Assembly: GCA_047495785.1 (NCBI GenBank)
Contig: JBLDXI010000020.1
Location: 1,612,001-1,676,000, forward strand
Direction of reading: 5' to 3'
DNA from: Lepidodermella squamata
Taxonomy: Eukaryota; Animalia; Gastrotricha
DNA length: 64,000 nucleotides
Made by a program: the position numbers and the translations under genes. The notes beneath the pieces were generated by a model, which did no database searches, was not told where the DNA came from, and saw nothing but the letters and a program-made list of their open reading frames with translations. Shown one piece after another: positions 14,401-25,540 of the stretch. Numbering within the stretch: the stretch's first letter is position 1; the number at the start of each line of letters is the position of its first letter.

Positions 14401-14984
14401 TCTCGTTAACAGCTAATTTCAACACAAAATGTCGTTAGTTTTTAATTCTTGCATCTCAACTGGTGGTAACAATAAGAAAAACAGCTTCAATAATGTTTCA
14501 CTCAGCTTCTCATTTAACAGAAAAATTCACAGAAGAAGACGTGCATCAACGTGGCGCAATCATAAAAACACGAGAAAAAGTGAAAACTAAACGATATCAT
14601 AAGCAACAAAAATCGCTCAGCTTTGATTAAACAAATAAGTATAGGTATCGTCAACTGATAACTACTGGTTTCCTGTATGCAAAGGGTGAGCAAGAACTTT
14701 CGCGGAACCGGAAGAAATCATTTTTAAATGCGTTTGATGATGATGTATTTCACAAGTACAATGCATCGCTATAGCGCTATATGAACAAAAATATAGCCGA
14801 TTAATAAGAGAAATTTTATGGCAGTGCCATGAAAGGTCAAAGATGTACACGAAATCAATACCTCGCCATCGGCAATATTCTTTCGGTCAAATCGAAATCT
14901 GACAATCACAACAGATAAAGTATCCGGGTACAACGCGCGGGAAAAATGAGTAGAAACCAGCTTTATTCAGATTTCAGGTATATT

Positions 14985-16632
14985 TCACGCCAAAGGCGCT
15001 TCGGAAACAGCAGCGAATGACTTCACTCTAGAGAAATACAGGGGAGGGAAATTTTGTCGACCATTATTGGTGTCGTTGGAGCAGTCGAATTCGCTGACAG
15101 ATTCTTTCCCACCCGGAAATCGAGATACCAGTCGATAGCTTTTCCAGTTCAAATATGATCGATATCGTCGATTAAGAATCTCAAAACACTGGCAAAGAAC
15201 ATATTTACGAAATTCCGCGGAAACGCATCGTAAAATTACCATATAATATGTCAAAGTTGTGACCAATGATTTTGGCTCCTTTGAGCCAGGTCGACGCTGT
15301 TGATCGGCAGTCGAGGTTTTCTCCAAAATTATGTTCAAATCAGACCCTGAAATGCGATATACTCCCTGAATGACATTGAGGAACCTCGAATTCTTGTAGC
15401 GCAACTTGGGCAGCGAATTTATCGGGTCCTCTGGAGTAGTTAATGTCAATACTGTCCCTAAATTAGCAATACTTGTTTCTGCGGTCTTCTGTCAATTCGC
15501 TAATGACTTACCATCAGCAAAGAATCGAAAATATCTGTAATATTCTACTGAGTGCCAAGGTTGATAAGCACAGTCGAGGCCAATATCACCGCGTCTATGA
15601 TATACCACTCTACTGATATAGCAACCTGCACGAAACAGGAGATATGACCAAAGCTTCTCCAATTGTTGAAACTAACCATTGAAATGTAAATGTGGTACAG
15701 TGATGTAGAAATCTCTCCATGTAGCGCAGTCGGGTGAAAGATCCGTTGGAACCTCAAGGGTACGGCCGAAAGTTTTCAGGCAAATTAAACGCCACAATTC
15801 TGAGTCGCGTGCTACAAAGTATAAAGCTCGGCAAGTCATGGACATTTGCTCCACAGATCTAACATCCATTTGGCTACCAATTACCCAGCGCATTAGGTAA
15901 AGCAGCAGTTCATGGGGTAAATCTGAAATGTGATATGTCGATTGTTCATGTTCTTTGAAAATTCTGGTTTCTGCTTCGACACAGCAAGCCGGCATGGGAG
16001 AAACTGGGTCCGATCTCTCTTGAGCATCAACGCATCCTGGTATGCGGAATACAGTTTTAGACAAGTACAAGAAGATGAACTTGGAAACATACCTTTCGGC
16101 AACATGCTCAGCCGGTAGGTTTTCAAGTCATCGCGGGCATTGACTTCGATTGAAGGGTCCAGATGGACAGCGTGCCGATAATATTCGATCGCTGCGGGTA
16201 TTAAATGTATGAATGAAGCGAAACGGGATGAACAGACGGTACAAAATACCTTCAGCTAACTTTCCGTCCTTTTCAGCTGAATATCCAAGTAGGAACAATT
16301 TTTTAGCCTGAAAATGGACTTGTAAATAAGAAATTTAGGTTCGATTTTGCTGGCGAACTTTTTCTAACGCGACAGAAGGAGTTTCTGGGACGACAGCTTT
16401 TTTCGTAACGCCGGTTGGCCGAAATATGCCCATGCGCTTTTCCCTAAGTTCAGCTTCCCAGTTACGCCTGAAATCTTCAAGATCCTTAGATAGGCCCGAC
16501 TGTGGGACTGCCTCTTCATTATACCAGCATTCGTCTCCCGAATCTTCTGATGGGACCTTAAACAAAAATTAAGGAATCACCATTGAGCCTGATGACACGC
16601 GGCATAATTAATCAATAACTTACGACTGACAT
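14985..16632 (-). CDS. FBXO9: F-box only protein 9
   Basis: Micro first exon 16632-16624 (MSV); LEDFRRNWEAEL; TPR-like AKKLFLLG...AIEYYRHAVHLDPSIE; F-box HISDLPHELLLYLMRWV; PHLHFNG; YRYFRFFADG; C-terminal FPPLYFSRVKSF; AATAAA just after the stop (14967-14962). Confidence 0.93.
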
Positions 16633-17072
16633 ATTTTCAGCTCGCTATTTGAGTTTCGCTCTCACCACTTGAAAATGTGCATAAAATATGCAATCACTAA
16701 ACGAACAAAACATCATTTCTTACGACGTCTCGAACAAAAAACTAGTTCCAAACGGAACTCTTGCAGAGCTTCAATTTTAACTGGACTTGAGGCAAACGCC
16801 CAAGTCAATTAGCGCAAGAAACAAGCATAAATTTAGTCGAAATAAGTTGCGAAAGAAACCTTACAGATCTCATCAAACACTGAGTGGAAACGATTATTCC
16901 ATTTTGCGATAACACAAAACTCGAGAGCAGGTGACAATGATCAAAGCTCTAATTATCCTGTAGACATCCTGTATGTTATCTAGAAATAGGATGTCGGATG
17001 TCTACAATGCAATGTGCCGCCTTTTCATTAACAGAGCCACGATTTTTCGCTTCTCAACTCTATAGATAATTA

Positions 17073-17167
17073 CCGTAGTTACCGAAATACAAGCCTGGGC
17101 GGCACTACAAAGAACATCAAAGTGCCGACAAAGGGTTGCCGCCTAAGCTTGTATTTCGTAACTACGG
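17073..17167. mobile_element. Very short (95 bp) TA-flanked MITE-like palindrome
   Basis: CCGTAGTTACCGAAATACAAGCCTGGGCGGCA ... TGCCGCCTAAGCTTGTATTTCGTAACTACGG, about 32 bp arms, TA on both sides. Confidence 0.75.
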
Positions 17168-18215
17168 TATAAACAATCAGTACGATTTCAAGTAGTTTTC
17201 TGCGACTAGCCGTCGCCGCGTTCTTACATAAAGCGGCAGGGCTCATTATACTTGAGACCAGAATAGTCGTTGCTACGGATGTCTGCAAACTGCGCCTTTT
17301 CAGAGGCCAGGGCAGAGGGCTGGCGAAAAAAACGGTAGATTTTTTTCAAAATGTGATTGGTGATTGGGCTCCAATCCGGGTTCCAAGGAAAACTGAGACG
17401 GCGAGGAAGGATACTTCCGCAAGGTCCAGCAGATGGTGAATAATTGCTGGTAAGGTTCAATAAATGGTAAATGGCTTTTGGATTCGCACTTCGGCGGTCT
17501 GCCATCCAACGGGCCCGGATGTAGGCACGGTAATGAATTACCTTTTCTCGTTTCTTCGCGAAATGAGCTCGCTGTCGGCAGTCGTATTCTGTTTTAAACG
17601 TTTTCAGAACTTGGTCTCTGAGGATCTTCGGGTTTTCGGAAGATCTAGGTCATGCCATTTGCTAGCAGAACAAAACCGGATGCTAAGGTGATGAGCTTGA
17701 GCTTGCCCGGAGCTTGCCTTGGGATTTCGACGCAATCATATCTGATTTTGTGATCGAAAGAGGGAGGGGGATTTCTTCACCAAGTTGTGAAGACAAGCAA
17801 TTGGGACATGGGACTATAGTAATTTGGTTATTTCAGACGGGATAACGTGTTAACTTGGTCAATCTTCAGCAGCGTTTGAGATCTAACGCATTGCTTCCCG
17901 AGCTTGTAGTCAGGACGAATGTTTCACCACTGCCCACTGCCCAATGCCGAAGCCACTCATAAGGCGTTTACCTTAGGCTGAATCTCAACAGGATCCGCAG
18001 GAACTCAAAGACATTCAATCTCAAATGTAGGTCGAAGAGGATGTATAACGTTCATTCATAAAACTTTTGGCTCCTTTCTCAATTCAAAAATGACCTTGAA
18101 CTTGGAGCATGATTGAATTAGCTCATTGCATTTTTGTGATATGGAGAATGAAATATCCACTATTCCAATATTAATTAATCATTAATCATGCGAAAAAGTT
18201 GTTGAAAATGTCAAG

Positions 18216-18255
18216 TCGAATCGAAACGAATCGATGAAACGAATCGAAATCGAAT
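18216..18255. repeat. Short degenerate (TCGAA/ACGAA)n tandem repeat
   Basis: TCGAATCGAAACGAATCGATGAAACGAATCGAAATCGAAT upstream of IPO5. Confidence 0.6.
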
Positions 18256-18771
18256 GGTAATAATCTTCGTCTTCTGATCGTCCATTCTGTATAAGCCATG
18301 TTACTGCACACCTGTCCCGTTACATGGCAAATCTTTGATACTAGATTGTTTTTGACAATTAATAATTAGTGCGTTTATCTTCTATTCTCTTGAAATATGA
18401 CTTTGGCCTCTTCAGATGGGAGGATGAGGCATGAGACCGTGAAGCCCCCGAGAAATCTTTCATCTGCGAACAATACGACTTTGCCAGTACCTCTATTTTC
18501 TATTTTCTAACCAGCTCTAGGGTATTTTCTATAACCCAACTATTAAGGTCCCTTTCAGTAAATGCGCACCTGGCTATCTTAGAAGCTTCAAGCGTTTAAC
18601 GCACTCCCTTTTGTCCACTTATCCTTAGCGAATACTTTCCCCAAATCTACCATACCCTTACCTACCTGGTATATTAGAACATAGGAACTGTATGATATTC
18701 TGTTTCGCTTTTTGTATAATTGAGATTTGCCGTTCATAGAGTCGTTAGTACCCTTATTCTGATACTCGACG

Positions 18772-21700
18772 ATGACCACGTGCACCATTGAGGATTTCGT
18801 CAAGGTCTTGCATCAACTGCTGAATCCTGAGAATGAAGAGCGTGTTAAAGCTGAGGTAAGTCTTGATCAAGTTTCAAAAGTTGTCATTCAATTGTATTCA
18901 TTTTTAAGCAATGGTACGATCAAATTGCCGCTCTTCACCGTTTGGAACTGCTGTTTCAAGTAATTTCTCAGCGCACTCTTCCGGCCGAGGTATTTTCCAC
19001 TTAAAGCTCTGCCTAAAAACGACAGAATGAACTCTTTCTTTCTGTATAGCTAAGATCACTGGCGATGGTGCTTAGCAGAAAGCTTCTTATGGGGTCATTT
19101 GAGCAGCTATTCCCTGCTGGGGTGACTGATCCAGCCACCGAACCATTTAAAAGGCAGCTTCTGGTTCTAGTTGTCGCTGAGGAGGATGTGCAGATGTCAC
19201 GAAAACTTGGCGAAATTGTTGCAGAATTGGCTCGTCAGCTGAAAGGTATGAATGCCCCTTGAATGATAGACTCGAGTTGAGCAATTGGGTTTCAGATGAT
19301 AATGGCGTTTCTTTGTGGCCGGAGGCCCTCAAATTTTTGTTTGACGCTGTAACCTCCATTCAACCACATCTCAAAAGGACAGCTCTGCACATAATAGGGT
19401 TTGTTTTATTATTATTTCGCAAAAATCTTTCTTTACTGGTATGATTTCATAGACAACACCCGGGAATTTTCGGTAGCCAACAGTCTCATTACATCGGGGT
19501 GATCCGTGATGTCTTCATGCAATGCCTTCGCGATCAGGATGCTCTTGTTCGCAACGAAGCAGTGACTTGTGTTGCATCTTTCCTTGACCATAACTCCGGT
19601 CAAGATGACGTCGTCATGGCCTTGCGAGACTCAGCTCCTCATTTGCTGCAAGTCGTTGCCGAGTCAGCCAACACTTGTGATGATGACACGGCTCTCAAAT
19701 GCTTAATTGATCTTGCTGACAAAGTTCCACAGTATCTTCGGCCGCAGTTGGATAATATCGTTGTGTTTTGTTTGAAGGTAAATACAATTTGAGCGTTCAT
19801 TTCATTGAAAATTCATTCTTTTTATTTTAGCTGGCTGGAACTGCTGATGCTGATGATAGCTGGAAGCACATGGCTTTGGAGGTTGTTGTCACATTAGCTG
19901 AATCTGCTTCTGCAATGTTCAGGAAGCTTTGCACCCGCCACATTCCGGCTATTGTTTCGCGTTTGTTAGAGTTCATGTGCGATGTTGAAGAAGAGGAGGA
20001 CTGGGCTTTCAGAGACACAGCTGAAAATGAAGAGCAAGATCAAGATTCGAACCCTTTCTTCGGCGAAACGAGCTTGGACCGTCTCGCCATTGGTCTGGGT
20101 GGTCGTGCTTTAATTGCTACGTTGTTGCAACATTGGCAACAGATGTTGGCTGATGCTAGATGGCAAGCTCGCCACGCAGCTTTAATGGCTATTTCGGCTT
20201 GCGGTGAGGGTTGCCGCAAGCAGATGGAACCTATTTTGGACCAGTTGGTCAGTGCAATTTTGCCTTTCTTGGCAGATTCGCATCCTCGCGTTCGTTACGC
20301 ATCTTGTAACGCATTGGGCCAAATGTCGACGGATTTCGGCCCGCTCTTCCAGAAGAAGTTCCACGACAAGGTCATTCCTGGTCTCTTGTCCGTTATGGAC
20401 GACTATGCTCATCCTCGTGTTCAGGCTCACGGAGGCGCTGCTTTGGTCAATTTCAGCGAGGAATGCCCACCGTCGTTGATGACCCCTTACCTCGACATGA
20501 TTATCGCTAAACTCGAGGCAGTTCTTCAAGCGAAATTCCACGAATTGATGGAACGTGGCAATAAACTTGTCTTGGAACAAGTTGTAACCACCTTGGCTGC
20601 TGTTGCTGATTCTGCCGAAGAGCGTTTCGCTAATTACTATGACCGCTTCATGCCTTGTTTGAAATACATTCTTCAGAATGCGACCAGCCCTCAATTGCGT
20701 CTACTTCGCGGTAAAACAATCGAGTGTGTCAGCTTAATCGGCCTGGCGGTTGGTAAGGAGAAGTTCGCCCCTGACTGTATGGAGGTCATGCAGGTCCTAC
20801 TACAGGCTCAAAACGCGCCTGCTGACGGGGCTACCCCCGATGCGGCAGCTGCTGCTGCTGCGGCCGGGCCTGGTGAATTATCAGTCGATGATCCTCAATT
20901 GGCTTACATGATTTCGGCCTGGGCTAGGATGTGCCGGATTTTGGGCAAAGATTTCTGCCCGTATTTGCCCATTGTTATGCCGTCGCTGCTCCGTTTAGCT
21001 GCCATGAAACCTGACGTGGCTATTTTGAGCCAGGACGAAGCTAAGGAGCTGCTAACCGACGACGAATGGCAGGTCGTTAATCTCGGAGACCAGCAAAACG
21101 TCGGAATCAAGACAACCGGTCTTGAGGAGAAAGCCCAGGCCTGTAACATGCTAGTCTGTTACGCCCGTGAGTTGGGTGACGGCTTTATCGAATACGTCGA
21201 GCGCGTTGCTCGCATTATGGTGCAGCACCTGAAGTTCTACTTCCACGAAGGCGTGCGAACTGCCGCAGCCGAATCGCTGCCGTGCTTACTCGAATCGGCT
21301 CAGAGCCGAGGCCACGAATTATCTAGCGCTTTATGGCAATTTGCAGCCCAACCCCTACTGGCAGCTATTGATTGCGAAATGGTTAGTTGATGCGGGAATA
21401 TTTTTGCTAAAAACTGCCACGGGCCTGGAATTTTCGTAGACGATACCTATTTTGGTCAGTTTTTAAGCTGGAATTTTTCAATTTTAGGAATTATCGGTTC
21501 TGGCTGTTCAACTGGGCGCGTTGGCCGAATGCATCGAAACTATGGGCCGTGGTTCGCTGAGCCATGACCAGCTCACCACTCTGTCGGCTTTGTTGGGTAA
21601 AATTGTCGACGAACATATGGAAAGGCAAGCCGATCGTCAGCAACAGCGTACCGGCGAAGATTATGATGAGGCCGTTGAAGAAAATCTTCAGGTGAGTTAC

Positions 21701-22568
21701 AAATCCAATCTACCTTAAACATTTTAACAAGTGATTCTTCTCAATACAGGAAGAAGATGAAGATGACGTTCATGTCTTAAGCAAAGTTTCCGATGTGATT
21801 CACTCACTTTTCTACGTGTACGGCGTTGAATATCTGCAATATTTTGAACAATTGGCGCCCAAGTTCTCGCAACTCCTTTCCCCCACCCAACCGTGGGCGG
21901 ATCGCCAGTGGTCAATTTGCGTTTTCGATGACGTTGTCGAGTACGCGAGCCCTCAATCTGCCGCTTACCTCCCACTTTTCGGCGTTCGCCTTGTCGAATG
22001 CATCGTCGACGCGCAGCCGGAAGTTCGCCAGGCTGCTGCGTATGGTATCGGCATTCTCGCGCGATACGGCGGCCAGGACAGCGCGACGACTCAGCTGATC
22101 ACAAACGCGGTCCCACTGCTCGTTCGCTGCATCAACGAGCCGAACTCGCGCCAGCCCGAGGTCGTTAGCGCGACTGAGAACTGCATCTCCGCAGTAATGA
22201 AAATCATCCGTTATCGCAACTATGACGTGGCAAATCTACTTCCGGTGTGGTTCTCATGGCTGCCGATCTGGGACGACCAGGACGAGTGCGAAAATAACTA
22301 CGACTACCTGTGCGAGCTGGTCGAGGGCAACAACGCCGTGATTTTGGGTGCTGAAAACGCTAATTTGCCTCGCGTTGTTTCGATCATGGCCGACGCGTTG
22401 GAGCGCGAATCGATTCTGCCGATCGGATCGACGGCTCGGCGCATTGTCGGGCTGCTAACCCAGCTACGCTCGTCCGCCGAAATGCTGTTCAACTTCTGCA
22501 TGAGCCAGCTGTCGCCAACTCAAGCTCAGGCGGTTCTAACGGCGCTTTCAAACCCGCCTCCCCAATAA
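18772..22568 (+). CDS. IPO5: Importin-5 (karyopherin beta-3)
   Basis: Multi-exon HEAT-repeat protein; LDRLAIGLGG, HPRVRYASCNALGQMSTDF, HPRVQAHGGAALVNFSEECP, LRLLRGKTIECVSLIGLAVGKEKF, ISAWARMCRILG, LKFYFHEGVR, EVRQAAAYGIG, ATENCISAV. Confidence 0.97.
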
Positions 22569-23169
22569 TTATTGAAATTTTTGCCTAAAAAACTGCTTAG
22601 CTAAAAATAACTAGATCAAAGTATAGCCTAGCTAAACCTTGCACTTCTTATTATCCAGAGCACATTCCCCCGTGTTGAATTTATTAGTGATAACGCAAGA
22701 CTTGGCGGCGGAAAATTGGAGGGATGATTTTTTGCCGGTGTTTGTTTTGGTTGCTGATGTATTTTTTTCTGTGCGTCCCGTGCGAATCACTGCTAATAAT
22801 AATGACGATGAAGACGATGAACCGCCGAGATACTGTGTTTCTTGAGTCTGCATTTAATCTAGGTGTGCTCCGGTGTCTGAAGAACGTTGAGTGATCGTAA
22901 AACCATCTTCATCTGTGTTACTTATTTTTCTCAGCGGGAGAGCGCTTAAACAGACTCTCGCTAAAACTACAATAACAATAAAACAGCAAATAAAACGTGA
23001 AAAAGCGATGTGTGTGAAGAAGGAGGTCTTTATAAAATAAACGAAGAAATGCCACGAAACAACGTGTTTTTATTACTTTCGCAAAAAATAATATTATCGA
23101 ATTTTTAAGGAGGAATTTTGATTTTTTCCCGATATTTTCAATTCTCAGAATTAATAGAAAAATGCAGAT

Positions 23170-25170
23170 TTACACAACTTCGCCGGCATTCATAATTCGC
23201 AGTGGGTTACGCAAACTCTCAGCAGTAATATTTCGAATGATAACATCCTTGAAAAACAGTTTTTCTATCGAGTTGTTCCTGCTAGTTTTTAAATGGCTCC
23301 TATCAAGAACCAGATCGATCTCGTAGATCAAGTGCAGGCTTCCATCTGCGGATCGAAAAACTGATATGTCCGATTTGAGATTGCGCCAAGATTTTCGCTT
23401 CATCGTCAGCTCATCATCGGCCTGATTTCTGCGATATACGACGTAATCAGCGGATGCTTTTACAGAGTTATCATTTTCGATTGAGATCGTTATTTCAGCT
23501 CTATCTTCATTTGTTTCAAAATCGTCTTCATTCGACTCGTGGGCCCCGAAGCGACCTTTGTGTTGACCGATTTCCCGCTCATCATCATCGCCGTCAGTCG
23601 AACTTGGGCAAACTTCGTCCGAAATGATAGCTATTACCCGGTATATATCCATAATCAGAACGATTCCGTTTTTCACAGCGAAAAAAATGTTCGCGAAAGT
23701 GATGATCTTTTTTTCGAAGATGAAAAACATGCGAATTATGAAGAAGGGGCCATCCTTGGAACGATTCGTGGTTAGGGAAAAGTTAATATTAAATTGCATT
23801 ACTCACTTGAAGGGCAATAGTAAAAACCATAGCCCAAACCTCATTGGTGAAGCAAAAACAGCTGAATTTGATGAACCTTCGCTTTGCAGCAGGACAATCG
23901 GGATCGATATCCACGAATCGGCTATGTCGAGCAAGAGTTGCTATCAATCAAAATATCGCTGTAATGTCCTGATTCGAGGCACGTTAACTCACCGGTGTAA
24001 TTGACAGCGAACTGTACATGGGATAAGGAATAGAGAATCAGAACTGCGACGACGTAGTCGAAAACATTTCCGACCCCTACGTACATGAGCGAATCGATTA
24101 TGTCCAGAATATCTGTTGCCTGTTAAAAGATACCCAATCGATGCTTTGTCACTCATATTTTGATGTCATTACCATCGCGACGTAAATTAGAAGCAGTTGA
24201 GACAGTTGGTCCCGAGTCATTGCACCTTTTGGAAATAGCCACTGTTTTAATATAGAATAAAAATAGTCAGTCCAGGTTTTATTCAAGTCTACGTTACTTA
24301 CCTTAGAAAATATGAGCATTATAAAGAATAATTGCTCCATTATTCTGGCCCACTCGAATTCGGTGAATTCGACACCACCGAAATCAAACTATTAACGTCA
24401 GAAGGATGAAATGAGCGTAAAATTCTTCATCTCCCATCTCACGTTAGATATCGTTCCGAATCTTTGGGGCTCAAATACATCCAGTTGCTCGAAGCTCGTC
24501 GTATTTGGGTTGTTTCTGATTCCTAGCCACTTCAATGTATACCTTTAATAATTTTCTAGTGAAATTTTTGAGAATTTTAGGGTGAGTTTGAACTTACAGG
24601 TGAATTTCGATCATCCAAATCGATGCCAAGCTGGAAAGGACGAATATTCCCATTGCTGGCGAACACCTGAAATAATTCATACTGTAATTTTAATAAATAA
24701 GGCTTGAAAGTTATGGGCACCAACCATTTATATTCGTGGCCAGAGTTAAGGAACCAGGTAACCAAAAATTCAGGTATGAATAGCGCGATCCTACAAAAAA
24801 GTTTGTACTTAAGCCCTCTTTTCAAGGTTTAAAACTAACCCAATCATCGGAGTCCAGTAGCAGAATGGCTCCAACTTCTTGACCCCGCTACCTTCTGTTG
24901 AAAGCTGTTGAGAAGTCGATGAGGAGTTGGAATCAGTAGATGCTTCGAACGAAAACCCAGTTGAATCGACTGAAATATGCCCACCATTGACACCAGCAGC
25001 GCGCCATGTCAAAACAAAAATTGTCTGAAAAATTTGGATACAAACGCTAAATTTTGTTACAAAATCTCGAAGCTTACCAAGGACATCAAAATGCGAACAA
25101 ATATGGCTTTGATTAGATCGTAAAACTTGGAGAAGCATCCAGCACAAGTTCCTTGAAAACTGCTAACCAT
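23170..25170 (-). CDS. TMEM26-like multi-pass membrane protein, paralogue A (10 exons)
   Basis: Starts MVSSFQG...DLIKAIFVRILMSL; family motifs WLFPKGAMTRDQLSQLLLIYVAMATDILD, SHVQF, QDGPFFIIRM...IFFAVKNGIVLIMDIYRV. Confidence 0.85.
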
Positions 25171-25540
25171 TTCAAATGGTTATCGAATCTAATACGTTTG
25201 CTAGTAGGTATTGGCTCATGATTCGCGAAGCTATTTTAAACGTTCAATCAACGATTCAGCTTCATTCAATATTTATGCGTCGATACTTTCATGTTGTTGG
25301 CAACTGATTACGCGTTCTGTTCATCAACCTTGATGGTGCGTGGCTAGGCCGTTGTCACCATCAATTCGTAAATATTCTGCCCATTTCCAGACGCTATCTG
25401 ATTTATTCATTTTTTAAAAGCCAATGGGATATAAACGAAACAAAATTGTGTATTTTTTGCTTTGGCATTGCGGAAAATTGTGAATATTCAATAAAAATCC
25501 AGAAAAATCATAAAAAAAACCAGGTGAAGCAGAGAATTCT

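Noticed and set aside
14410-14520. LLPPV stretch upstream of MOCS2B resembling the MOCS2A C-terminus
   Set aside because: No Gly-Gly end, in-frame stop just upstream, no other similarity.
17200-18060. GC-richer segment with short ORFs between FBXO9 and IPO5
   Set aside because: May be a decayed element, but no recognisable domain, termini or consistent frame.
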